A DNA stretch of 64,000 nucleotides from Eledone cirrhosa (taxonomy: Eukaryota): assembly GCA_964016885.1 (NCBI GenBank), contig OZ024751.1:35774001-35838000 (forward strand), written 5' to 3'. Of the stretch, positions 48,381 through 63,543 are shown piece by piece. Under the pieces are notes generated by a model. The model ran no database searches. It was given only the letters and a program-made list of their open reading frames with translations, and was not told the DNA's origin. The position numbers were made by a program, and so were the translations under genes. Each line of letters begins with the position of its first letter. Positions within the stretch are counted from its first letter, which is position 1.

Positions 48381-49285
48381 TTAATAATTAAAAACTGAAT
48401 TTCATATTGAAAATAATATAGGGAAGAAAAATATTAACAAATGAAGATAAACAAAAGAATAAACAAGAATAAACAAAAAAAGCCAAGACACAACAAACAA
48501 CAAACAACAACAAACATCAACAACAACAAAAGCCCAAACAGCCAACTAACAACAACAAAAATACCCAAACAACCAAACAGTCAACTAACAACAACAAATA
48601 TACCCAAACAACAAAATAACAACAACAACAAAAAAGCCCAAACAACCAAAACACAACAACAAGAACTAAAACAAAAACCACAACAAAAGCCCAAACAGCC
48701 AACAACCACAACAAAAGCCCAAACAGCCAACAGCCACAACAAAAAAGCCCAAACAGCCAACAACCACAACAAAAGCCCAAACAGGCAACTAACAACAACA
48801 ACCACAACAAAACCCAAAGCACCAACTAACTACAACAAAAAACAAAAACAAAACAACCAAAACACAACAAGAACTACAAAAACCACAACAAAAAAAGCCA
48901 ATTTAGTGTGAAATAACTGGTCTAATAGCATTTTTATTTGAGCAGATAAAGGGAAGTTTCTAGCATGATTATAAATTGAATTAATTCATTGTAAACTTGC
49001 ATGTGTTAATAACAGGTTTGGAAATTACATTACCTTTATAACGAAGCTAAATCTGTGAAAATGAGTTCCATTTATTTATATTATTTATTATATTTTATGT
49101 TGTATTTATATTTTTATCTCCTCACCGCCATCTTTACGTTAACCAATCAACGTTGTTTATCTTCATTTTGGATTACTTCTTCCCCTTATTTAGTTACGTT
49201 GTTAGAGTTTCCTCCTCGTTGTACACACACACACACACACACACACATACACACACACACACACATATACGTATATATATGAATA

Positions 49286-49357
<72 letters not shown>

Positions 49358-49615
49358 TATGTATATATGTACACACACAGATACACACATATATATATAT
49401 ATATGTATATGTATATGCATATGTAAATACATATATATGTACATATATACATATACATGTACATATATATATATATGTATGCGTATCTGTATATATGCAT
49501 GCATATATATGTGTATACATATATATGTACACATATATATATATATATATATGTATACGTATATGTATATATATATGTATACGTATATGTATATATGCAT
49601 GCATATATATGTATG

Positions 49616-49647
<32 letters not shown>

Positions 49648-49655
49648 TGTATATG

Positions 49656-49710
<55 letters not shown>

Positions 49711-49978
49711 CAAATAATATTGATATTTTAATATATTGTTTGAGTTGCGTGTTTTGTAAACATTCCCAATAAATTAATCGGGATATGTAATGTAATTACG
49801 ATTTAAGATAAGTAATTAATTGATATTGAATTCTGTCCAAATTGATTTCTTCTGCTCTCAAGATACATCTAAACGGCTTTAGATATTTACACGGAGGATA
49901 AAGAAGGCATTTCTTGAATAGTGTAATTATATACATGTAATCAGATAATAATATATATATATGTAACAGTATACATGC

Positions 49979-50023
<45 letters not shown>

Positions 50024-50237
50024 AATATATATGTATTGTATATATATATATATATTTATTTGTATATAGAGTTAGTTCAACAACAAATTAGCAAAGCAGA
50101 CACGAGGTAGAGTGTTTTACCGAACGGGCTTTAAACCTGTATATGGCTACGACGAGAACAGCTATCACTGGATTCTGCGCGGCAGATGATGGTAGTTTGA
50201 TGAAAAGGGAGACAACTCAAATATATATATATATTTA

Positions 50238-50287
<50 letters not shown>

Positions 50288-50299
50288 TGAATAAATAAC

Positions 50300-50439
50300 T
50301 GTTTCTACTTTAGGCACAAGGCCAGCAATTACCCAGTGCATTACTGGTACTTTATTTTATCGACCCCGTAAGGATGAAAGGCAAAGTCAACCTCGGCGGG
50401 ATTTGAACTCAGATCGTAAAGGGACGTAACTATGCTGGA
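50300..50439 (-). mobile_element. family A SINE, 5'-truncated
   Basis: 13-bp TSD atgaataaataac at 50287-50299 and 50440-50452. Confidence 0.88.
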
Positions 50440-50678
50440 ATGAATAAATAACATTAGAAGATAAGGAAAGACAATAACATATATAGGAGGTCAACATTAA
50501 TATGAAGCAAAGGAGAGAACACAATAGTAAGTATGGGTATGAATATTTGAACATTTAATATTGCATAACGGCCTTTGGAATGTCGTAGAGAGTTGGGTGA
50601 TGTTAAGTGGAGATATACACAGACTACTAGCGAGGAAGATGTGTATATAAACGCAACAATATGTATATATATATATAC

Positions 50679-50839
<161 letters not shown>

Positions 50840-50965
50840 CATACAAGCATCTCTTATACATAAATACATATATACATCTCTCCCTCTCTCTCTATATATA
50901 TATATATGCATGCATGTGTGAGTATTTATATACATATATAAATATATATATATGTATATATATGC

Positions 50966-51180
<215 letters not shown>

Positions 51181-51753
51181 TGCATATACATAGGTATGTG
51201 TGTATAAATATGTGTGTGTCTAAGTATGACGAAGTTTGATAAAGAGAAATAGAGTGAAAGAGTAATTGACCATAGGAGGGTGAGAGAGACAAGGACGGAT
51301 AAATAGAAAATATGAAAGTGTGAAAGCGAGTGGGGTAATAAAAAACAACAACAAAAAAAAAACAAGAAATCGGGAGAAAATATTGGTTGGTAATCGATAT
51401 GGAATTGATCGGAAATAATATGGAATATATTAATACCCAAGTTGAAAATCTTCCACTAGAGATATTAACGTTAGCGATCATCTATGAAGTGTTAAAAAGT
51501 TAGGAAGAACATTTCATGATATGCGGCGGCCATTACTATCAAACAATTTCACGGTTGTTCACGCCCGCTTCATTTTATTTTTGTCTTTCTTTGCTAGTCT
51601 TGGCTGACTTATCCACTACAAAGATATGGATATTTTGAAAAATTAAATGGTTTGACAAGAAAAACATATAAAATGGGGGGAAAATTGGGTAAAACGATTT
51701 TATTTTTTTTTAAATATGTATTTATTGACTGGTGGCATATATACATGCATGTA

Positions 51754-51867
<114 letters not shown>

Positions 51868-52279
51868 CACACACATAGACACAGACATATATATATGTAT
51901 ATATATATATATATACGTATATATATATATATATATACATGCATACATATACATACATATATATTACGTATATATAATATATATTATACATATATATTTA
52001 TAACATATATAATACATATAATATATATATGATATATTATATACACATATATATGATATATTATATACACAATATATATTTATAATATATAACATACATA
52101 ATATATGTATAACATATATAATATAGATATAATATATATAATATATATTATATAAATATAATTTATGTTATATATATATATAATATATATATATAAATAT
52201 AATTTATGTTATATATATATATATAATATATATTATATATTATATCGCAGTTTTAAACCCCCAGCTATAATCATTTCAG

Positions 52280-52388
52280 GTATGTATACTGGAGGAACGT
52301 GAAATGAAGTGCATTGCTCAAGAACACGACACAACCCAGTCACGACATTATGATCGTAAGTCCAACACCCTTACCACCAGGCCATGCA
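52280..52388 (-). mobile_element. family B SINE fragment
   Basis: Reverse complement of catggcctggtggtaagggtgttgg...gtgttcttgagcaatgcacttcatttcacgtt. Confidence 0.75.
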
Positions 52389-52390
52389 TC

Positions 52391-52457
<67 letters not shown>

Positions 52458-52460
<3 letters not shown>

Positions 52461-53075
52461 AACGAGTAGGACCCCGACGGCTAATTCTGGACTAAATGAA
52501 AATTTTTATCCTGGTATTTGAATAGCCGAGCTTCTCAAGGGGTAATTCATATATGGTCAAACTGATTGTCACAAGGATTGGTCAAAAGTTTGTTGTTGAG
52601 ACATAATAATTCTATGATGGCAATTTGTGGAGGGAAGGGGTAGCTAAACCTGCCAGTAGGAGAAAGAGGGAGAGGGGGTGGAGGAGACCCATTCATGCGT
52701 TGATAGTGCCGACTACAGCTGGGCATGAGGTCAAAGAAGATACTAGGGAGGGGGAGGGGGAGGGAGAGGAAGTAGAAACAATAAGTAGAACAATAAGGGG
52801 TAAATATATAGAAAAATACTGAGAGCGTTAAAAAGCAATTAAATGTAAAAAAAAAAATAAACAATTACTGGTTACTACGACCTAAGTCTCTCACTGGTAC
52901 TCGGCTATTCAAATACCAGGATAAAAATGTTCATTTAGTACAGAATTAGCCGTCGAAACGGCTTGAGCTCAGCCGTCGGGGTCCTACTCGTTCCTATTAC
53001 CCACTCTACTACCTTAAGTATTGAGTACTTTGGTGCGTTATGGTCCACCTGGTTCCTTACCACTTTTCCTCCGTT
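52458..53075 (+). mobile_element. Penelope-like pLTR family H1 (subfamily 2), copy E, longest
   Basis: Inverted arms ~52458-52530 and ~52901-52995 around a ~370-bp spacer, plus tail. Flanked by TA repeats. Confidence 0.85.
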
Positions 53076-53149
53076 ATATATATATATATAAGTATACATG
53101 AATATATATATATGTAAATATGTATATATATACTCACAAACAAAAATAT

Positions 53150-53187
<38 letters not shown>

Positions 53188-53741
53188 CCCCCCCCCACAC
53201 ACACATGCACACGCACACATACATATATATAACGACGTAGTTTCTCATAAAAATATTAATAGAGACAGCAGTTTGTTGCCTTGTAACAATTATTGTTGTG
53301 GAGTTTAATGATATTATGACCGCCGCTAGTAAAGCAGCCATTACGGAAACCATGGAAAAAAAAACAACAACCATGTAAACACATACATAAACACACCCAT
53401 AAGCACATACATAAACAGCTACATACATTCACACAGACAGACACACACAGACAGACTGACAGACAAACACCTTCAATTGAATTTGTGTTTGATTGTCATT
53501 GTACAAGATGGAGGACGAAAGTAGATGTAAGCAATATTGCAATACACACGCATACACCCACTCACACACACACACATGCACACATATATATATATATTCA
53601 TGGATACGTACATACATACATATATAGACATACACACACATACACACACATACATATATATCAATAATTAAAAATAACCAAAAATATCGATCAAGTTTGC
53701 TGGAAATTAGACAACTCTCATGGTGAGGTATATATGTACAT

Positions 53742-53805
<64 letters not shown>

Positions 53806-53844
53806 GTATACCTATATTTATGTATATATGGGTGATTGTATTTG

Positions 53845-53877
<33 letters not shown>

Positions 53878-54356
53878 TTGTGTATATTTAATTGTTTATT
53901 GTTATCGTCTGACATATTTTCCATTTACATCTTAAAATGTGCAATTGTATAATTCACCATCAATACTGACCTGCTGAAAAAAAACAAAAAAAAACAAAAA
54001 AAAAAACAAAACGAAAAAAACCCCAAAAAACAAAATGTCTTCCGATATGTTCCATTGTTAAATAGAACCTATCTATTTATTCTAGAAGCTTCTAGAATGA
54101 AACTAATCAAGAATATTATCCTCGGGTTTCGTATTATTCAAATTATATTTCTACATAATTTTCCTATTGTTTCATTGTACAGTCACTAACTGCAGCACAA
54201 AGATGGTGGATGTGATGATTGAAGAAATGTCGTAACATAGAGATACGTTTTGATGTGTGAATATAAGTCTCCAGGCTCTATTTCCTCTCCGGGTTCGCAT
54301 TTGTCTTAATTCTAATTACATCATTAAAGAAGGAAAAATTCTATATAACATAAGAT

Positions 54357-54447
<91 letters not shown>

Positions 54448-54629
54448 CTCTCTCTCTCTCTCTCCCCCACCTCACCATTTGTTATGGTAATGTTCAAAAT
54501 ATTGACCTCAATATTTGGTGTTAGTCGAAAGGAATGTTCCGTTTATAGCAGCTAAAGCTGTGTCTGTTTGAATGGGAGACAAACTAAGAAGTGTGCGTAG
54601 ACACACACACACACACAATATGTGTATAT

Positions 54630-54693
<64 letters not shown>

Positions 54694-54800
54694 CGAGAGA
54701 GGAAGCGAGAGAGAGAGAAACTTGACCCAATCATATGAGCGTAGAAGAAGAAGAAGAAGAAGAAGAAGAAGAAGAAGAAGAAGAAGAAGAAAAAGAAAAA

Positions 54801-54839
<39 letters not shown>

Positions 54840-55717
54840 TAATAATAATAATAATAAGAAGAAGAAGAGGAAGAAGAATCATGGAAATATGCGTTCAACA
54901 GGAATAGTCTGTTTACAAAATAGATGTCTTTTATAATTCAACATCTGGGCGTAAATAAGTGAGTGCTGACGAAGTGTAAGGACAGGGAAATACAACGTTG
55001 TTATTTAATAGAGTCCCAAGAGGCCACGTCTTCGGATAGAAACCCTTTCCCTCATCATGATCGAATTCAAAAAACTTATAAAGCTTCACCATTTTTCAGG
55101 TATAGCTAAATAAGATGTCCACACATTAGGCATCCACATAAACTGGAACTCCATAACGTTCCGAATGATTTAATTCTGTAATAAATCCTGACAGCTAAAA
55201 ACAAAGAAAAATCTTTAAAAAAAAAAAAAAAAATCCACCCGTGTTAAAGGAATTACTAGATGGTGTAGCCAAAAAACGCAATAGTGTAATAGTTTTTGAG
55301 GTATTGATTTCAAAGTATCGATACAGTGATTTATATTCACATTAGTAATACACCTCTCGTGCTATTTTGCATAATCTGTCACTTCAAATGAGGTTCTATC
55401 AAATTGATCGAATTAAATTAATTAACCAATATTCTTCATGGCATATTCCTCATTTCATTTTCAAATACAATCAGACTGTTCCACAAAAACTATTACAGTG
55501 GATTCAGACTGAAAATATGTATTGATTTCTTTCATAGTCAACATCATCATCACCATCACCACCATCACCATCACCATCATCATCATCACCATCACCATCA
55601 TAATCATCACCATCATCACCATCATCATCATCACTATCATCACCATCATCATCAGCATCAGCATCATCACCATCATCATCATCAGCAGCATGTTTCCGCC
55701 ACTAATGTAGCCACACA

Positions 55718-57847
55718 CTAGATGTGCCACTGGTACACCCAGTTGTTGGGGTGCCATACTAGATGTGCCACTGGTACACCCAGTTGTCGGGGTGCCATAC
55801 TAGATGTGCCACTGGTACAGCCAGTTGTTGGGGTGCCATACTAGATGTGCCACTGGTACAGCCAGTTGTCGGGGTGTCACACTAGATGTGCCACTGGTAC
55901 ACCCAGTTGTTGGGGTGCCATACTAGATGTGCCACTGGTACACCCAGTTGTCGGGGTTCCACACTAGATGTGCCACTGGTACAGCCAGTTGTTGGGGTGC
56001 CATACTAGATGTGCCACTGGTACAGCCAGTTGTCGGGGTGCCACACTAGATGTGCCACTGGTACAGCCAGTTGTCGGGGTGCCACACTAGATGTGCCACT
56101 GGTACAGCCAGTTGTCGGGGTGTCACACTAGATGTGCCACTGGTACAGCCAGTTGTCGGGGTGCCACACTAGATGTGCCACTGGTACAGCCAGTTGTCGG
56201 GGTGCCACACTAGATGTGCCACTGGTACAGCCAGTTGTCGGGGTACCACACTAGATGTGCCGCTGGTACAGCCAGTTGTCGGGGTGCCACACTAGATGTG
56301 CCACTGGTACAGCCAGTTCTTGGGGTGCCACACTAGATGTGCCACTGGTACAACCAGTTGTCGGGGTGCCACACTAGATGTGCCACTGGTACAGCCAGTT
56401 GTCGGGGTGCCACACTAGATGTGCCACTGGTACAGCCAGTTGTCGGGGTGTCACACTAGATGTGCCACTGGTACAGCTAGTTGTCGGGGTGTCACACTAG
56501 ATGTGCCACTGGTACAGCCAGTTGTCGGGGTGCCACACTAGATGTGCCACTGGTACAGCCAGTTGTCGGGGTGTCACACTAGATGTGCCACTGGTACAGC
56601 TAGTTGTCGGGGTGTCACACTAGATGTGCCACTGGTACAGCCAGTTGTTGGGGTGCCACACTAGATGTGCCACTGGTACAGCCAGTTATTGGGGTGCCAC
56701 TCTAGATGTGCCACTGGTACAGCCAGTTGTTGGGGTGCCACACTAGATGTGCCACTGGTACAGCCAGTTATTGGGGTGCCACACTAGATGTGCCACTGGT
56801 ACAGCCAGTTGTTGGGGTGCCACACTAGATGTGCCACTGGTACAGCCAGTTGTTGGGGTGCCACACTAGATGTGCCACTGGTACAGCCAGTTATTGGGGT
56901 GCCACTCTAGATGTGCCACTGGTACAGCCAGTTGTTGGGGTGCCACACTAGATGTGCCACTGGTACAGCCAGTTGTCGGGGTGCCACACTAGATGTGCCA
57001 CTGGTACAGCCAGTTATTGGGGTGCCACTCTAGATGTGCCACTGGTACAGCCAGTTGTTGGGGTGTCACACTAGATGTGCCACTGGTACACCCAGTTGTT
57101 GGGGTGCCATACTAGATGTGCCACTGGTACAGCCAGTTGTCGGGGTGCCACACTAGATGTGCCACTGGTACAGCCAGTTGTCGGGGTACCACACTAGATG
57201 TGCCGCTGGTACAGCCAGTTGTCGGGGTGCCACACTAGATGTGCCACTGGTACAGCCAGTTGTCGGGGTACCACACTAGATGTGCCACTGGTACAGCCAG
57301 TTCTTGGGGTGCCACACTAGATGTGCCACTGGTACAGCCAGTTGTCGGGGTGCCACACTAGATGTGCCACTGGTACAGCCAGTTGTCGGGGTGTCACACT
57401 AGATGTGCCACTGGTACAGCTAGTTGTCGGGGTGTCACACTAGATGTGCCACTGGTACACCCAGTTGTTGGGGTGTCACACTAGATGTGCCACTGGTACA
57501 GCCAGTTGTCGGGGTGCCACACTAGATGTGCCACTGGTACAGCCAGTTGTCGGGGTGCCACACTAGATGTGCCACTGGTACAGCCAGTTGTCGGGGTGCC
57601 ACACTAGATGTGCCACTGGTACAGCCAGTTGTTGGGTGTCACACTAGATGTGCCACTGGTACAGCCAGTTGTCGGGGTGCCATACTAGATGTGCCACTGG
57701 TACAGCTAGTTGTCGGGGTGTCACACTAGATGTGCCACTGGTACAGCCAGTTATTGGGGTGCCACTCTAGATGTGCCACTGGTACAGCCAGTTGTTGGGG
57801 TGCCACTCTAGATGTGCCACTGGTACAGCCAGTTGTTGGGGTACCAC
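55718..57847. repeat. 41-bp GC-rich tandem satellite, ~52 copies
   Basis: Unit ctagatgtgccactggtacagccagttgtcggggtgccaca. Successive starts at 55718 and 55759. Confidence 0.97.
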
Positions 57848-58082
57848 TTGATATAAACACAAACGTGTTCTATTCCGGGTAACTCCACACATATACCTGG
57901 GTGTACACTATATTAAACCTAAACCTGTACTAAAGCCCTCACTGCGGTAAACACATACATCAGGATGTACACTCTATATCATCAGAAACCTGTTCTTTTG
58001 TCAACATACCAGTTAAATATTCGTATTTCTACTCAGATGTACACACACTCATATATATAACATTCTTCTATACACGCATGTA

Positions 58083-58165
<83 letters not shown>

Positions 58166-59424
58166 GCACACACACATATATGTGTACACGCATACGTAAC
58201 ATTTATCTATGCACGCATGTACACTCACACACATATATATATATATATATATTTATGTACATACATTCTATGTACGAACACAAACATATATACACATACG
58301 TATACATGTAGTATTTTTCTATACATGCACATACACACACATACACAAACATACATATATACATATGCACACATAGAAACACATGCTCACACACATACAC
58401 GCACATACACACACATACATACATATACACACATAGTAACATGCTCACACACACACGTACATACACACACATACATACATAAACACACATAGTAACACAT
58501 GCTCACACACACGTAGATACACACATATATACACACATAGTAACACATGCTCACACACACACACACATACATACATACATACATATACACACATAATAAC
58601 ATATGCTCACACACACACACGTACATACACACACATACTCAAACAGTATAGAATTCATCATTTATAGACAAAATGTTGCTAACAAAACAGAAAAAACAAC
58701 CCAAAATAAACATAAAACAAAACCTCAATAGATATTCCAATATATATTAACATAATATATGCTGTAGTCATAGCAACCAACACTCACATACACACACAGA
58801 CGCACGCACTCACATAAATACACGCAGACACACGCACTCACATAAACACACGCAGACACACGCACTCACATACACACACGCAGATACACGCTCTCACATA
58901 CACACAAGCAGATACACGCACTCACATACACACACGCAGACACACGCACTCGCATACACACACGCAGATACCCGCACTCACATATACACATACACACACA
59001 AGCATACGCACTCACATACACACACGAAAACACACGCACTCACATACATACACGCAGACACACGCACTCACATACACACACGCAGATACACGCTCTCTCT
59101 CTCACACACTGACAGACACACGCTCTCACACACACACACATACACACGCACTCACATACACACACATACACACGCACCCATATATACACACAGACACACG
59201 CTCTCACATACACACAAGCACAAACATACACACGCAGACACATATAGACACACGCACATATATATATACAGGTATATAAAGGCACAGATTTACCATTAAT
59301 CTTTCATGATAACATAACTCTGTAGAATGTCGTATGGTGTAATAGAATCCAGGTGATCCAGGTAATGTTGTTAATGAGAGAAGGTAACGAGTACTGACGG
59401 CATTGTGTTGTCGTACCACACATA

Positions 59425-59614
59425 ATTGTTTCTACTTTAGGCACAAGGCCAGCAATTACCCAGTGCATTACTGGTACTTTATTTATCGACCCCGTAAGGA
59501 TGAAAGGCAAAGTTAACCTCGGCAGGATTTGAACTCAGATTATAAAGGGACGTAACTATGCTAGAAAGCATGGCGTCCAACCCTCTACCGATACTGCCAA
59601 TCCACCGTCATATT
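59425..59614 (-). mobile_element. family A SINE, near full length
   Basis: 18-bp TSD tgtcgtaccacacataat on both sides. Confidence 0.9.
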
Positions 59615-59864
59615 ATGTCGTACCACACATAATAAGTGCTGATAAGACGAATATACTCCTTGACCCCAGGACCGCCTCCCAACCCAGGTCTGAACACAAC
59701 AGATTTCTCCCAGAGCAGTATAGAGAGTAAGAGTGAGAAAGTAAGAAAGAGATATTGAGTAAGAATCGACTCCAGTACTAGACTGGTACTTTATTTATCG
59801 ACCTCGAAAGAGTGGAAGGCGAAGATTGACCTCGTCAAGATTTGAACAATAATTATATATATAT

Positions 59865-60209
59865 AACAAAGGAATTGTGGTAAGGAACCTGATGGACCAT
59901 AACGCACCAGGGTACTCAATACTTAGGGTAGTAGAGTGGGAAATAGGAAAAAGTATGACCCCGACGGCAGATCTCAAGCCATTTCGACGGCTATTTCTGG
60001 ACTAAATTAGAATTTTTAGCCTGGTGAATATATAGCCGAACTTTTAAAGGGGGTACTTCCTTATATGGGAAGATTGTAGTTGTCAAATCTTCCCATATAA
60101 GGAAGTACCCCCTTGAAAAGTTCGGCTATTTATTCACCAGGCTAAACATTCTAATTTAGTCCAGAAATAGCGTCGAAACGGCTTGAGCTCTGCCGTCGGG
60201 GTCATACTT

Positions 60210-60213
<4 letters not shown>
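59865..60213 (-). mobile_element. Penelope-like pLTR family H1, copy F (~130-bp-arm palindrome plus tail)
   Basis: Arms ~59945-60075 and ~60086-60213. Tail 59865-59944. Confidence 0.88.
60107..60202 (+). ncRNA. type I hammerhead ribozyme, U3-A8 core variant
   Basis: cccc TTGAAAA g-ttcggctattt..ggctaaa..tttagtcc..aaatagcgt-c GAAA cggc-ttgagctct-gccg TC gggg. Predicted GUC cleavage after 60197. Confidence 0.7.
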
Positions 60214-60252
<39 letters not shown>

Positions 60253-60360
60253 CAAAAGGGATTTTCCTCTCTTTCCCTTCTTTCCTTTTACTATCCAGGA
60301 AAAACTTGAACCGTTAAGATCCCCTTCCTGGATATGTCAATATTTATAAAACAAACTTTG

Positions 60361-60421
60361 TATTTTATCTGATGAGGGCGTACCAAAGTTTTGGTACCCT
60401 TGAAATATATATAATAGAATA
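60361..60421 (+). ncRNA. type I hammerhead ribozyme, family H2 copy 3
   Basis: tattttat CTGATGA gggcgtaccaaa-gt-tttggtaccctt GAAA tatata TA atagaata. Confidence 0.8.
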
Positions 60422-60466
60422 AATATGATTTTTATAAATATAGTTTCCATTTATTAATATCATTGT

Positions 60467-60499
<33 letters not shown>

Positions 60500-60508
60500 A
60501 TATAATCA

Positions 60509-60545
<37 letters not shown>

Positions 60546-60599
60546 GTACACACAAAAGTGAGCAAAAGCATATATATGAAGGCACATACATATATATCT

Positions 60600-60676
<77 letters not shown>

Positions 60677-60816
60677 ACAGTGTATTCTCATACATTTTCC
60701 AATATCAGCAAAACCAGTTTCAGTGTATTAACTGTATTTTCTTCAGTCTTTCATATACAGAGTCTTACTCATTACACTATTATTGTCCAATTATGTCCCA
60801 CTGTCTTTCTCGCTGG

Positions 60817-61132
<316 letters not shown>

Positions 61133-61219
61133 ATATATATATATATACATGTATATACATAAACACACACACAGACACCCCACCTCTCTATGACGCTATC
61201 GATATCTCTCTCTCTCAAC

Positions 61220-61257
<38 letters not shown>

Positions 61258-61398
61258 ATCTATTTTTTCGGGGGTGGGGGTGGTGGTGGTGGGGAGCGAC
61301 ACACGTCAACGCCCCCTCCTTATAGAGGACTTCGATTGTTGAATTTGATTTGTTATATGTTTTTACACGTTCTTTGAAATGTATGTAACCACCCCCCT

Positions 61399-61446
<48 letters not shown>

Positions 61447-61505
61447 TCACATATCCATCTACCTACCTACCTCTATCTACACATACAAACACACACACAC
61501 ACATA

Positions 61506-61569
<64 letters not shown>

Positions 61570-61960
61570 CGCGTATACCTTTCGCATTTCTATAGGACCA
61601 GCTCATTAGAAGAACTATATAAGAAAAAGATGTCACTGCTTCCAATGAAATCTCCTGGCAGACCAAATCCGTGGGGAGGATTCTAATTTGTCAATGTATA
61701 TAATATGATGTGTGTTGTTTTTTATTTTGTGTATTAAGTCGCTTCTAGAATATTTCAGACAATGTTTCTACTGAACAATGGTGATATAGCAATGCAATTC
61801 TTAGCCTACTGATTACAAAAAAATATATTCTAATAGTCATATAGTTATAGACTGATTCTTTTCAATTGAGACGCACCAATTACCAATTATATGATCCTTT
61901 ATATATATACATATATATATACATATATATATACATATATATATATGTGCATATGTGTAT

Positions 61961-62040
<80 letters not shown>

Positions 62041-62172
62041 ATGTATATATATACATGTATATACATTTATATACATATATATATGTGTATATATATATAA
62101 ACATATATATACATTTATATACATATATATATGTATATATATATAAACATATATATATATATATATCTATAA

Positions 62173-62315
<143 letters not shown>

Positions 62316-62330
62316 CATATATACATATAC

Positions 62331-62402
<72 letters not shown>

Positions 62403-62517
62403 TTATGTATATATGTATTTATGTATATGAGTATAGGCTAACGGACGATGCAACAACAACATCAAACAAATTGCATAGCAAGGTATCCGCCATTTTGCCT
62501 TGCGCTTTAAATAATAT

Positions 62518-62602
<85 letters not shown>

Positions 62603-62679
62603 TGTGCGTCTGTGCCTGTGTATATGTGTGGATTTATATATGTTTAATTGGAATATATCTATCGTTTTTTTAGATGGCA

Positions 62680-63200
62680 GGTGTGGTGGAAGGGACACTG
62701 CCTGGGGCTTTCACAGGTCCTTCAAAAAACCGGAGAGATCAATACCATTAATTTTCCGGTAAACCACTGGGGGTCCACTCATGAGCAGGGAAATTGTTAT
62801 AAGGAGACATATGGTCTGGTGAGGAAAGGCTGGGTGTAGCAATTCCTAGTGGAGTTTTGAGGTAAGATCAGGACAAAGCCTGGACAATGAGAGGAGGAAA
62901 GGTCACGTGGGTGATAAGGGTGTGAGTGGCGATATCACGTGACTAGGGAGCTCAGAGGAGGAGCAGAGAAAGTTGTTAGTAACGGTAGACGATACAAAAG
63001 GAGAAGACAACACGTCTGTGGAATATAGGTTGAATGATGTGTTTTATAGAACCAGCAGTGTAAGAGGAGTGACTGAGTGTTTGGGGTGACGGGGTGGGGG
63101 GTGGGGGGTGACTATGAAGTTCAGAAAAGCAGAGAATGTTGTAGGAATGGTAGAAGATGTAAATAGAGGAGAGGATAGTGTGGGCCTGTGAGTCAGAGAT
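62680..63200 (-). mobile_element. decayed CR1/L2-type LINE endonuclease-linker fragment
   Basis: Minus-strand peptides LITHVTFP and SPDH...VVYRKINGIDLSGFLKDL resemble APE C-terminal motifs (QHV..PTH, SDH, YR...ID...F..DL). Confidence 0.55.
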
Positions 63201-63265
63201 TGGTGAGTCAACTAGATATGGAACTGAAACGACAATTCTAAATGACAGGTATTATCTAAACTAAA

Positions 63266-63400
63266 TCTAAAACGGTCCTTTATGGTCGGAGTTCAAATCC
63301 CGCCGAGGTTAACTTTTCCTTTCATCCTTACAGGGTCGATAAAATAAAGTACCAGTAATGTACTGGGATAATTGTCGTCCTTGTGCCAAAAGTAGAAATA
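63266..63400 (+). mobile_element. family A SINE, 5'-truncated
   Basis: gagttcaaatcc B-box. 15-bp TSD attatctaaactaaa at 63251-63265 and 63401-63415. Confidence 0.88.
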
Positions 63401-63436
63401 ATTATCTAAACTAAAACTATGTAAAAACAACAACAA

Positions 63437-63475
<39 letters not shown>

Positions 63476-63503
63476 CAACAACAACAACAGCAACAGCAAC
63501 AGC

Positions 63504-63543
<40 letters not shown>

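Noticed and set aside
54964-55060. Hammerhead-like CTGACGA...GAAA and a reverse-strand tgatgag...ccgaa
   Set aside because: The stems do not pair convincingly.
55718-57847. CRISPR-like appearance of the 41-bp array
   Set aside because: No unique spacers and no cas genes. It is a plain tandem satellite in eukaryotic DNA.
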